This document shows, in pieces, positions 35,161 to 44,275 of a stretch of 64,000 nt of DNA. The notes under the pieces are model-generated. The model saw only the letters and a list, made by a program, of their open reading frames with translations. It was not told where the DNA came from and searched no databases. The stretch's first letter is position 1, and each line of letters starts with the position of its first letter. The DNA is from an uncultured Bacteroidales bacterium. Lineage in GTDB: Bacteria; Bacteroidota; Bacteroidia; Bacteroidales; P3. Position numbers and translations under genes: made by a program. The stretch is taken from contig CAMOOR010000002.1 of NCBI GenBank assembly GCA_946621635.1, positions 33,944 through 97,943 of the forward strand. The letters run 5' to 3'.

Positions 35161-37416
35161 TCACACCTTGACCATCTTGCTCTCGAAGCCGCGGAGGGTC
35201 ATCTCCTCGGGAGAGACGAACCAGAGGCTGTCGCCGGGGAGGAAGACGGTGTCGCGGCTGGGATTGACCAGGCGTTCGCCGCCGCGCTCGATGGCAATGA
35301 CCATGGCGCGATGCTTGGAGAGGGGCGAATTGGCCACCTCGACACCGCACAGCGGGCCGTCGGGGTCGACGCGGTAGCGGTACATGTGCAACTCGTGGTC
35401 GGAGCGGTCGTGCACCAGGATATCGGCCTCCACCTCGACGGCGGCGCGCATACGGCCCACCTGTTCCTCGTTGCCGATGACCGTCAGCAGGTCGCCCGGC
35501 ATGAGGAGGTCGTCCTTGCCGGGGAGGTCGATGATGTTGTCGCCACGCTCGATGGTGACGACGTTGGTGCCAAAGTCCTCGCGGATGCGGCAGGCGGCAA
35601 GGGTCTTGCCCGCCAGGGGCGAGTACTGCGTCATGCGCAGGCGTTCCATGGAGAATTCGTTCTCCATGCCCTTGGGTATGCGGAACGAGGTCTGCGCCTG
35701 TCGCGAATTGAAGTTGCTGAAGAAGCGCTCCTCTATCTGGGCGTAGAAGCCGTTGGCCTTGCGCGAGAAAAGCACCACCATGACCACCATCAGGGCTATG
35801 ACCATCAGGAATCCGAGGGCGAGGTTGACGTAGCTGCCCACCACCAGACCCGCGAAGAACAGGGCCACGAAATAGCGCAGCAGCATCACCGGGATGACCA
35901 CGGCCTGGCTGTGGCGGTAGGTCTCGAAGATTTGTTTGAAGCGTTCTTTGCTGACATTCTTCACCGCCACAGCCCACAGGAAGGGCGACATGAGGATGAG
36001 CGTGGCCACCATGCCCGTCAGGCGGCTCCAAATCTGCGGTATGCCGGCATCGGCAAAGAGCGTGTCGAGCAGCGGCCGCAGCAGCGACGTGGAGAGCAGG
36101 GCGATGGCCGCCAGGATGACGCCGTAGATGAGTATGTTGGTCAGCTGCTTGCGCAGGAAGGTGCGTATGCCCGCCTTGTCGCCGGCGCCCTTGCTGGCGC
36201 TCTCGCTGTACTGGTCCAGACGGTGCTTGATTTTGGCGGGAATCTTGGGCTCCACCCAGTTGTAGAACGGCAGCGCGCCCTTAATCATATAGGGCGTGAC
36301 GAAGGTCGTCAGGATGGACACCGAGACGATGATGGGATACAGGTTGGCGTCGATGACCTTGAAACTCAAGCCCAGACTGGCGATGATGAACGAAAACTCA
36401 CCGATTTGGCAGAAGCAGAAACCGCTCTGCACGGCGGTCTTCAGCGGGCGGCCGCTGAGGATGATTCCGATGGTGGCTGCAAGACTCTTGAAAACAATGA
36501 TTGTCAGCGCAATGACCAGTATGGGAACAATGTACTTCACCAGCACCTCGGGATTGACCAGCATGCCCACCGACACAAAGAACACCGCACCGAAGAGGTT
36601 CTTCAGGGGGGTGACAATGCGGTGGATGACGTCGGCCTCGATGGTCTCGCTGAGGATGGCGCCCATGACGAAGGCTCCCAAAGCGGTGGAGAACCCGGCA
36701 TGCGCCGCCAGCACCACCATGCCGAAACACAGGCCCACGGCCAGGATGAGCAGCGTCTCCTCGGTCATATACTTGCGCATCCAGCGCAGGAAAGTGGGAA
36801 TCAGATAGATGCCGAACACGAACCATGCTATCAGGAAGAAGACCAGTTTCACCATCTGGCCCACCAACGCGCCGCCGTCGAAACTGCGGCTGACGCTCAC
36901 CGTGCTCAGCACCACCAGCAGCAACACCGCAATCAGGTCCTCCACCACCAGCACCGCCGTCACCGTCGAGGTGAACTTCTGCTGCTTCAGTTTCAGGTCG
37001 TCGAAGCTCTTGATAATGATGCTTGTAGAGGAGATGGACAGCATGCATCCGAGGAAGGTGCACTCCATCGACGAGAAACCCAGAATCTTGCCCACCGAAC
37101 TGCCTATGAGGAACATGATGGCCAGCTCGGTCAGCGCCGTGATGGCCCCCGTGGCACCCACCTTCTTCAGCTTCTTGATGCTGAATTCCAGACCCAGACC
37201 GAACATCAGGAACACAATGCCGATGTCGCTCCAGACGTGGATATTGGCGGCATCGGTGATGGCCGGGAACCAGGGGAAGTAGGGGCCGATGAAGAATCCC
37301 GCCAGGATGTATCCCAGCACCAACGGCTGTTTCAACCATTTAAACACCACGGTAATGACACCGGCGGCCACCAGTATGACGGCCAAATCCATGAATATCG
37401 CAGGCAGACTTTCCAT
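35161..37416 (-). CDS. CPA2-family cation:proton antiporter with two C-terminal RCK_C (TrkA-C) domains
   Basis: An N-terminal ~400-aa multi-TM Na+/H+ exchanger-like region is followed by two repeats of the pattern L.G..L....IRE..G..V..I.R. Confidence 0.85.
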   Translation of the reverse strand: MESLPAIFMDLAVILVAAGVITVVFKWLKQPLVLGYILAGFFIGPYFPWFPAITDAANIHVWSDIGIVFLMFGLGLEFSIKKLKKVGATGAITALTELAIMFLIGSSVGKILGFSSMECTFLGCMLSISSTSIIIKSFDDLKLKQQKFTSTVTAVLVVEDLIAVLLLVVLSTVSVSRSFDGGALVGQMVKLVFFLIAWFVFGIYLIPTFLRWMRKYMTEETLLILAVGLCFGMVVLAAHAGFSTALGAFVMGAILSETIEADVIHRIVTPLKNLFGAVFFVSVGMLVNPEVLVKYIVPILVIALTIIVFKSLAATIGIILSGRPLKTAVQSGFCFCQIGEFSFIIASLGLSFKVIDANLYPIIVSVSILTTFVTPYMIKGALPFYNWVEPKIPAKIKHRLDQYSESASKGAGDKAGIRTFLRKQLTNILIYGVILAAIALLSTSLLRPLLDTLFADAGIPQIWSRLTGMVATLILMSPFLWAVAVKNVSKERFKQIFETYRHSQAVVIPVMLLRYFVALFFAGLVVGSYVNLALGFLMVIALMVVMVVLFSRKANGFYAQIEERFFSNFNSRQAQTSFRIPKGMENEFSMERLRMTQYSPLAGKTLAACRIREDFGTNVVTIERGDNIIDLPGKDDLLMPGDLLTVIGNEEQVGRMRAAVEVEADILVHDRSDHELHMYRYRVDPDGPLCGVEVANSPLSKHRAMVIAIERGGERLVNPSRDTVFLPGDSLWFVSPEEMTLRGFESKMVKV

Positions 37417-37543
37417 CTTTTCAGGGTAGGTTTTTATGTTAGCAAAAGCACCCTTGCTAACGCAAAAAAAGGCCTTTTATTGTGCACTTTGGGCAAAGAT
37501 GTCCGAAAAAGCTGATTCCCAGCCTTCCACAGCCATATCATCT

Positions 37544-37601
37544 CCTACCGTGGTAGGAGTTGGTAAGGACTTGGTAAGGACTTGGTAAGGGGATGGTAAG
37601 G
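37544..37601 (+). repeat. Palindrome plus 11-bp GGTAAGG array element, copy C
   Basis: cctaccgtggtagg is followed by agttggtaagg acttggtaagg acttggtaagg ggatggtaagg. Confidence 0.85.
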
Positions 37602-37704
37602 ACTTTTTGCCAAGCGGAACCGTCGGCGCGGGGACGCGCCGGCCCGCGGCATGGCAAAAAGCGGGCATCGGGAAGATTTTTTTATTTATATTAAAATTTA
37701 TTCG

Positions 37705-37712
37705 TATATTTG
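37705..37712 (+). promoter_or_regulatory. -7 box (TATATTTG) upstream of holB
   Basis: It matches TAnnTTTG and lies 15 nt before the first in-frame ATG. No clear -33 TTTG was seen. Confidence 0.4.
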
Positions 37713-37726
37713 CAAGTTTAATGTGA

Positions 37727-38770
37727 ATGAGTATGCAGTTTAAAGACATTGTCGGACAGGAAGATATCATCAATCGGCTGACGTCGGTCATCGACAGCGG
37801 CCGCGTGAGCCACGCCCAACTCATCCTCGGCAGCGAGCCCGAAGGCAGCCTGCAGATGGCTTGGGCCTATATGCAGTACCTCTGCTGCGAGCACCGCGTG
37901 CACCACAGCGAAGGGCCGCTCCGCGCCGACTCGTGCGGCGAGTGCCCCAGCTGCAAGAAGATTGCTTCGCTGATGCACCCCGACCTGCATTTCATCTTCC
38001 CCAATCCTCCCAACGGCTCCGACAGCGTCAGCGCCAACGACTACATGAAGGACTTCTACGACTTCATGCTCAACACCCATGGCCTCGGCACCCTCAACGA
38101 CTTCAACGACAGCCTTTCGGGCGATGTGAAGACCTCCATCATCCGCGAGCGCGACGCCGCCAACCTTGTGGAGGTGCTCAACATGAAACCCTACGAGGGC
38201 GGATGGCGCATGGTGGTGGTGTGGCGTCCGTCGCGCATGAAACGCGAAGCCGCCAACGAACTGCTCAAGACCCTCGAGGAGCCGCTGCCGCAGACCCTCA
38301 TCCTCCTGGTCGACGAAAGCGACGAGCAGCTGCTGCCCACCATCAAGAGCCGCGTGCAGACCATACGCCTCAAAGTCTCGGAGAGCGACAAGGTGGAGGG
38401 CAACGCCGAGTTTGCCCAGATGCTCGTCGGGTGGCTGCGCATGCTCTTCAAGCTGAAAATGAAAGAACTGTCGGGGCAGGTGGACAAGATGGCCACGCTG
38501 AACCGCGAGCAGCTGAAGCAGTTCCTGCAATACGCCCAAAGCGTGATGCGCGGATGCTTCCTCAACACCGCCGCCGGCGTCGAGGTGCGCCTGGGCTCCG
38601 GCGACGAAAAGTTCGACGCACAGTTCCCGAAAATGATTACAGTCAACAACATAGAGCTCATCGAACAAGCCCTCGACGATGCCGTCTTCGCCATAGAGCG
38701 CAACGCCTACGCCAAGATAGCCCTCATGGAGCTTTCGTTCCGCATGAGCAAAGCACTGAAGAAAAGATAA
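37727..38770 (+). CDS. holB: DNA polymerase III subunit delta' (HolB)
   Basis: FKDIVGQEDIINRL...GRVSHAQLILG, a Zn module CGECPSCKK, and LLKTLEEP followed by TIKSRVQ. Confidence 0.85.
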   Translation: MSMQFKDIVGQEDIINRLTSVIDSGRVSHAQLILGSEPEGSLQMAWAYMQYLCCEHRVHHSEGPLRADSCGECPSCKKIASLMHPDLHFIFPNPPNGSDSVSANDYMKDFYDFMLNTHGLGTLNDFNDSLSGDVKTSIIRERDAANLVEVLNMKPYEGGWRMVVVWRPSRMKREAANELLKTLEEPLPQTLILLVDESDEQLLPTIKSRVQTIRLKVSESDKVEGNAEFAQMLVGWLRMLFKLKMKELSGQVDKMATLNREQLKQFLQYAQSVMRGCFLNTAAGVEVRLGSGDEKFDAQFPKMITVNNIELIEQALDDAVFAIERNAYAKIALMELSFRMSKALKKR

Positions 38771-38784
38771 AAACAAAGAAAACA

Positions 38785-40452
38785 ATGGAAAACAAAGATA
38801 AGCAAGACCTCGTTCCCGAAGAGAAAATCGAAGAGCAGCCCCGAGACAGCAAGCTGCCCGAAGACCTCGTGATAGACGACGAGGAGACCGTGGCCACGGC
38901 AGAGGACGTGGCCAACTTCATGAAAGACCGCCGCAAGGCCCATCAGGAAAAGAAAAACATCGAACGCGAAAACCCCGAGGTGGAGGAGTACCACACCGAG
39001 GAGAGCCAGCTGGACCCCTACCTGGAGCCCGACCCGGACATCCCGTGGGTGAAATACGAGGAACCCGTCTTCCTCAGCCGTGGCTGCAACCACAAGCCGG
39101 AGTGCTACAAGCCTGTGTGCAGCTGCGAGCGCCGCAGCTGTTCCAAGGTCACGTCGACCAACTGGATGGCCGGCATCCGCCAGCCCACCGACCGCCCCTT
39201 CGACTGCGTCGAGGTGCGTTTCAAGAACAACCATAAGGACTTCTACCGCCTGCCCGACGGCCTGGAGGTCACCGAGGGCGACATTGTGGCCGTCGAAGGC
39301 CAGCCCGGCCACGACGTGGGCATCGTCAGCCTCACCGGCGAACTCTGCCGCCTGCAGATGCGCAAACACCGCATCAACCCCGAGAGCGAGTGCATCCGCA
39401 AGCTCTTCCGCCGCGCCAAGGAGGCCGACATCGACCGTTGGGCCGACACTCTCAAGGAGGAACGCGCCGCCCTGCTCCGCACACGCCAGATTGTGGCCGA
39501 GCTGGGTCTGGACATGAAGGTGAACGACGTCGAGTTCCAGGGCGACCACTCGAAGGCCATCTTCTACTACACCGCCGACGAGCGCGTGGACTTCCGCGTG
39601 CTCATCAAGGTGCTTGCCGAAGAGTTCCATGTGCGCATCGAGATGAAACAGATCGGTGTGCGCCAGGAGGCCGGCAAGGTGGGCGGCATAGGCACCTGCG
39701 GCCGCGAGCTGTGCTGCTCCACGTGGCTCACCACCTTCAAGAGCGTCACCACCTCCTCCGCCAAGACCCAGCAGATACTGCCCAACCCGCAGAAACTCGC
39801 CGGCCAGTGCGGCAAGCTCAAGTGCTGCCTCAACTTCGAATACGAGGTCTACGCCGACGCCCTCAAGAAGTTCCCGCCCGCCAACCAGGCCATGCGCTTC
39901 AAGAAAGGCCTGGCGCTCTACAAGAAGACCGACGTCTTCCGCGGCATCATGTGGTATGCCTACGAGGGCGAAAACGACCTCTTCGCCGTCAAGGCCGAGG
40001 ACGTGAAAGCCATCATCGAGATGAACCGCCGTCAGGAATACCCCGAGAAGCTGGAAGACTACCAGGTGGAGCTCATGTCCACCTCGGCCCTGGCCCAGGA
40101 GAGCACCAACGAGGAGGTGGAGCGCGAGATACAGCGTCTGGCCGAGGGTGGCAACGGCGTGGTCGGCGAAGAGCACGAGGAGAAACCCCGCCAGTCAGAG
40201 CGCCGCGAGCGCAACGACCGCAACCGCAATGGCCGTGGCGACCGCCAGGGCGGCGACCGCCGCGACCGCCAGCCCCGCGAAGGACAGGAACGCCGCGAAG
40301 GGCAGGAACGCCGCGAAGGGCAGGAGCGTCGCGAGCGCCCCGCCAAAGAGCCGCGCCCCGAAGGCCAGCAACAACACCGCAACAACAAACCCCGCAACAA
40401 CAACGACCAGCCCCGCCGCAGTGGCAACAACGGCCGCGATCGTCGTGGATAA
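38785..40452 (+). CDS. PSP1/RicT (YaaT)-family protein with an Arg/Glu-rich repeat tail
   Basis: The PSP1 C-terminal domain is visible (GRELCCSTWLTTFKSVTTSSAKTQ...KLKCCLNFE), in the conserved holB-PSP1 order. The real start is the Met at 38785, not the 37861 start of the track ORF. Confidence 0.8.
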   Translation: MENKDKQDLVPEEKIEEQPRDSKLPEDLVIDDEETVATAEDVANFMKDRRKAHQEKKNIERENPEVEEYHTEESQLDPYLEPDPDIPWVKYEEPVFLSRGCNHKPECYKPVCSCERRSCSKVTSTNWMAGIRQPTDRPFDCVEVRFKNNHKDFYRLPDGLEVTEGDIVAVEGQPGHDVGIVSLTGELCRLQMRKHRINPESECIRKLFRRAKEADIDRWADTLKEERAALLRTRQIVAELGLDMKVNDVEFQGDHSKAIFYYTADERVDFRVLIKVLAEEFHVRIEMKQIGVRQEAGKVGGIGTCGRELCCSTWLTTFKSVTTSSAKTQQILPNPQKLAGQCGKLKCCLNFEYEVYADALKKFPPANQAMRFKKGLALYKKTDVFRGIMWYAYEGENDLFAVKAEDVKAIIEMNRRQEYPEKLEDYQVELMSTSALAQESTNEEVEREIQRLAEGGNGVVGEEHEEKPRQSERRERNDRNRNGRGDRQGGDRRDRQPREGQERREGQERREGQERRERPAKEPRPEGQQQHRNNKPRNNNDQPRRSGNNGRDRRG

Positions 40453-40458
40453 GACCCC

Positions 40459-40950
40459 TTGAATATGAAGAAACGACTTGCCCTATTGCTTTTGCCTCTG
40501 GCCCTGTGCCTTGCCGCCTGCGACGGCACCGTCTACTATGCCGAATACGAGGACGTCGACGAGAAAGGCTGGCTGCCTACGGACAGCGTGGCTTTCGACG
40601 TCGACGTCGAGGATACCAACCTTATCTTCAACTTCCTCGTCGAGGTGCGCAACACCGTCAGCTACCCCTACAGCAACACCTTCCTCTTCATCAACACCAC
40701 CTTCCCCGACGGCAGCATGGCGCGCGACACCATGGAGTACCCCTTGGCCGACCCCACCGGCGAGTGGTTCGGCAAACGCTCCGGACGCTATGTCGACACC
40801 CGCTACTTCTTCCGGCGCAACGTGCGATTCCCCATGCAGGGCAACTATCACTTCGCCATCACCAACGGTATGCGCGACAGCGCCATCGTGGGCCTCTCCC
40901 ACATCGGCCTGCGCATCGAATACAGCAACATGAATGAGCATTATGAATAA
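40459..40950 (+). CDS. gldH: Gliding-motility lipoprotein GldH
   Basis: Lipobox LAAC, a size of ~160 aa and the typical GldH sequence (YPYSNTFLFINTTFPDGS...GNYHFAITNGMRD). It lies in the conserved PSP1-gldH-PBP1A neighbourhood of Bacteroidota. Confidence 0.8.
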   Translation: MNMKKRLALLLLPLALCLAACDGTVYYAEYEDVDEKGWLPTDSVAFDVDVEDTNLIFNFLVEVRNTVSYPYSNTFLFINTTFPDGSMARDTMEYPLADPTGEWFGKRSGRYVDTRYFFRRNVRFPMQGNYHFAITNGMRDSAIVGLSHIGLRIEYSNMNEHYE

Positions 40951-43204
40951 AAGTGCATCCAGAAAGGGTGAACGCCCTAAATACATCAAGTACATGTGGT
41001 GGACCTTCGGGGGCCTCTGGGCCTTCGTGTTCCTCTTCTTCTTCTTCCTGTCCATCGGATGGATTGGCGACATGCCGCAGTTCGAGGACATCGAGAATCC
41101 CCACAGCCTGCAGGCCACCGAGGTCATCAGCGACGACGGCGAGGTGCTGGGCTACATAGGCTTCGAGAACCGCTCCAACGTCACCTACGACCAACTTTCC
41201 CCCAACCTCGTCAATGCCCTCATCGCCACCGAGGACGCCCGTTTCTACAGCCACTCCGGCATCGACGCACGCAGTCTCTTCCGCGTGCTCTTCAAGACCG
41301 TCATCGGACGCCACGGCTCCTCCGGCGGCGGCTCCACCATCACCCAGCAGCTGGCCAAGAACCTCTACAAGATGCGCGAGGCCAACGCCAGCCGCGGCAC
41401 CGTCTTCTCCAAGCTCAGCGAGTGGGTCGTGGCCGTCAAGCTGGAGCACAACTACTCCAAGCAGGAGATTCTCACCATGTACCTCAACACCGTCGACTTC
41501 GGCAGCAATGCCCTCGGCATCAAGACCGCCTCGAAGACCTTCTTCGACAAGACGCCCGCCGAGCTGGACGTCGACGAGGCCGCCGTACTCGTGGGACTGC
41601 TCAAAGCCCCCACGGCCTACAGTCCCGTGCTGCACCCCGACCACTCGCTGGAGCGCCGCAATGTCGTCCTCGCCCAGATGAACAACTACGGCTACCTCAG
41701 CGACGACAGCCTGGCCATCTACAAGGAGAAACCCATCGACATGTCGCGCTACACTCCCCAGACCCACAACGACGGCCTGGCACCCTATCTGCGCGAGTAC
41801 ATCCGAGCCTACATGAAAGACTGGTGCAAGCACCACCGCAAACCCAACGGCGACTACTACGACGTGCACAAGGACGGCCTGAAGATCTACACCACCATCG
41901 ACTCGCGCATGCAGCGCTATGCCGAGCAGGCCGTGCGCGAGCACTTCAGCAAGGAGATACAACCCGCCTTCGAGCGCGAGCTCAGGGCCCGCAAGGGCAA
42001 CCCCTTCTGCGACATCACCGCCGAGCAACAGGAGAAATTCCTCACCCAGGCCATGAAGAACAGCGACCGCTACCGCGGCCTCAAGGCCGCAGGCCTCAGC
42101 CAGAAGGAAATCCGCGAAGCCTTCAACGAGAAGGTCAAGATGCGCGTCTTCTCCTGGAAGGGCACCAAGGACACCACCATGAGCCCTTGGGACTCGCTCA
42201 TCTACTGCAAGAAGTTCCTCAACGCGGGCCTGATGTCCGTCGAGCCCGGCACCGGATACGTCCGCGCCTACGTGGGCGGCATCAACTACCGCTTCTTCAA
42301 ATACGACAACGTGCAGAGCCACCGCCAGGTGGGCTCCACCTTCAAGCCCTTCGTCTACACCATGGCCCTCCAGGACCTCGGCATGTACCCCTGCACCGAG
42401 GTGCCCAACTCGGAGGTCTGCTTCGAGGTGTGGGGTCAGCCCGACTGGTGCCCCGGCAACTCGAGCCATGAGCGCGAAGGCGAGATGGTGACCCTCAAAT
42501 GGGCCCTCGCCCACTCCATCAACTGGGTCTCGGCCTACCTCATGAAACAGGGCTCGCCGGAGCAGGTGGTCGACATAGCCCGCAAGATGGGCGTCCGCAG
42601 CCCCATCGACGCCGTCCCCGCCATCTGCGTGGGCACGCCCGAAATCTCCGTGGCCGAGATGGCCGGCGCCATGGCCACCTTCGCCAACAAGGGCGAATAC
42701 GTCGAGCCAATCTTCATCACCCGCATCGAGGACAACAAGGGCATGGTGCTCGAACGCTTCACCCCCCACCGCAGCGAAGCCCTCAGCGAGGCCACAGCCT
42801 ACATGATGCTCGAACTGATGAAGGGCGTGGTGCAGAGCGGCACCGGCGTGCGCCTCAACTACAAGTACCACCTCAACCAGTACTCCACCGCCATCGCCGG
42901 CAAGACAGGCACCACGCAGAACAACTCCGACTGCTGGTTCGTCGGCATCACCCCCAAGCTGGCCACCGCCGTATGGACCGGCGGCGAGCTTCGCTCCATC
43001 CACTTCCGCAACATGACCTACGGCCAGGGCGCCGCCATGGCACTGCCCATCTTCGGCCTCTACATGGAAAAAATCTACAAGGACCCCAACATCAAGTTCT
43101 ACCGCGGCGACTTCGAGCGCCCCAACATCCCCATCGAACTCGACTGCGCCAACTTCCAGCAGGAAATCCAGAACGAGGCCGTGGACTACGAGTGGGACTT
43201 CTGA
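40934..43204 (+). CDS. Penicillin-binding protein 1A (bifunctional transglycosylase/transpeptidase)
   Basis: GT51 motifs EDARFYSHSGID and GGSTITQQLAKN. Transpeptidase motifs STFKP and KTGTT. Confidence 0.92.
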   Translation: MSIMNKSASRKGERPKYIKYMWWTFGGLWAFVFLFFFFLSIGWIGDMPQFEDIENPHSLQATEVISDDGEVLGYIGFENRSNVTYDQLSPNLVNALIATEDARFYSHSGIDARSLFRVLFKTVIGRHGSSGGGSTITQQLAKNLYKMREANASRGTVFSKLSEWVVAVKLEHNYSKQEILTMYLNTVDFGSNALGIKTASKTFFDKTPAELDVDEAAVLVGLLKAPTAYSPVLHPDHSLERRNVVLAQMNNYGYLSDDSLAIYKEKPIDMSRYTPQTHNDGLAPYLREYIRAYMKDWCKHHRKPNGDYYDVHKDGLKIYTTIDSRMQRYAEQAVREHFSKEIQPAFERELRARKGNPFCDITAEQQEKFLTQAMKNSDRYRGLKAAGLSQKEIREAFNEKVKMRVFSWKGTKDTTMSPWDSLIYCKKFLNAGLMSVEPGTGYVRAYVGGINYRFFKYDNVQSHRQVGSTFKPFVYTMALQDLGMYPCTEVPNSEVCFEVWGQPDWCPGNSSHEREGEMVTLKWALAHSINWVSAYLMKQGSPEQVVDIARKMGVRSPIDAVPAICVGTPEISVAEMAGAMATFANKGEYVEPIFITRIEDNKGMVLERFTPHRSEALSEATAYMMLELMKGVVQSGTGVRLNYKYHLNQYSTAIAGKTGTTQNNSDCWFVGITPKLATAVWTGGELRSIHFRNMTYGQGAAMALPIFGLYMEKIYKDPNIKFYRGDFERPNIPIELDCANFQQEIQNEAVDYEWDF

Positions 43205-43205
43205 C

Positions 43206-43254
43206 AGTTAAGAGTTAAGAGTTAAGAGTTACGAGTTATGAGTGAAAAGTTAAA
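43206..43254 (+). repeat. Heptamer tandem repeat (AGTTAAG-like x7) filling the PBP1A-rlmN spacer and running into rlmN
   Basis: agttaag agttaag agttaag agttacg agttatg agtgaaa agttaaa. The rlmN ATG (43238) lies inside unit 5. Confidence 0.9.
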
Positions 43255-44275
43255 AGCCAATCTCCTGGGCATGACCCTGCCGCAGCTGCAGACGCTGTGC
43301 GCCGACCTCGGATTTCCCCGCTTCACGGCCAAGCAGCTCTGCGACTGGCTGTACAAGAAGCGCACCGACAGCATCGACGCCATGACCAACCTCTCCCTCG
43401 CCCAGCGCGCCCGCCTCGGCGAGGTGGCCTACATCGGCCGCGACTTCCCCGTCAACTGCCAGGTCTCCCGCGACGGCACCAAGAAATATTTGTTCCGTGT
43501 AGCAACGCAAGCGTCGCCGGCCCACGTCGAAACCGTCTTCATCCCCGACGACGACCGCGCCACCCTCTGCATCTCATGCCAAGTGGGCTGCAAGATGGGC
43601 TGCCGCTTCTGCGTCACCGGGCAGCAGGGATTCCACGGCTCGCTGTCGGCGGGCGACATTCTCAACCAGCTCTTCTCCATCCCCGAGTTCGAGCAGCTCA
43701 CCAACGTTGTCTTCATGGGCATGGGCGAGCCCATGGACAACCTCGACGCCGTCCTGGCCGTCTGCAGCATCCTCACCTCCGACTGGGGCCTGGGCTGGAG
43801 CCCCAAGCGCATCACCGTCTCCTCCGTGGGCATCATCCCCGGCCTGAAGCACTTCATCGAGGAGAGCCAGTGCCACCTCGCCATCAGCCTCCACAACCCC
43901 GTGCCGCAGGAGCGCCTGGCCATCATGCCCGTGCAGAAGGCCTTCCCCCTCAATGAGGTCCTCGCCCTGCTGCGACAGCACGACTGGAGCGGCCAGCGGC
44001 GCCTCTCGTTCGAGTACACCATGTTCCGCGGCCTCAACGACGACCTGGCCCACGCCACACGCCTCGCCGAGGCCCTGCGGGGACTCGACTGCCGCGTCAA
44101 CCTCATCCGCTTCCACTCCTCGCCCGGCACCCCCTACCAGACCTCCACGCCCAGCGCCATCCGCGCCTTCCAGGACTTCCTGAACCGCAACGGCGTTGTC
44201 TGCACCCTCCGCGCCTCGCGTGGCGAGGACATCGACGCCGCCTGCGGACTCCTCGCCGGCCGCGAGGGACGATAG
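43238..44275 (+). CDS. rlmN: 23S rRNA / tRNA (adenine-C2)-methyltransferase RlmN (radical SAM)
   Basis: CQVGCKMGCRFCVTG (CxxxCxxC), GMGEP and the C-terminal DIDAACG. Confidence 0.95.
   Translation: MSEKLKANLLGMTLPQLQTLCADLGFPRFTAKQLCDWLYKKRTDSIDAMTNLSLAQRARLGEVAYIGRDFPVNCQVSRDGTKKYLFRVATQASPAHVETVFIPDDDRATLCISCQVGCKMGCRFCVTGQQGFHGSLSAGDILNQLFSIPEFEQLTNVVFMGMGEPMDNLDAVLAVCSILTSDWGLGWSPKRITVSSVGIIPGLKHFIEESQCHLAISLHNPVPQERLAIMPVQKAFPLNEVLALLRQHDWSGQRRLSFEYTMFRGLNDDLAHATRLAEALRGLDCRVNLIRFHSSPGTPYQTSTPSAIRAFQDFLNRNGVVCTLRASRGEDIDAACGLLAGREGR

Noticed and set aside
32675-37515. 815-aa and 785-aa + strand ORFs opposite the O-antigen ligase / S41 peptidase and the CPA2 antiporter
   Set aside because: These are antisense shadows with repetitive G/A/V/H/D composition. 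The real genes are on the minus strand.
37861-38784. N-terminal 308 codons of the 863-aa track ORF 37861-40452
   Set aside because: This part overlaps holB out of frame and is Arg/Pro-rich nonsense. The PSP1 protein starts at the Met at 38785, just after the holB stop codon.
40859-43003. 714-aa minus-strand ORF opposite PBP1A
   Set aside because: It is an antisense shadow. The + strand carries complete GT51 and transpeptidase motifs.
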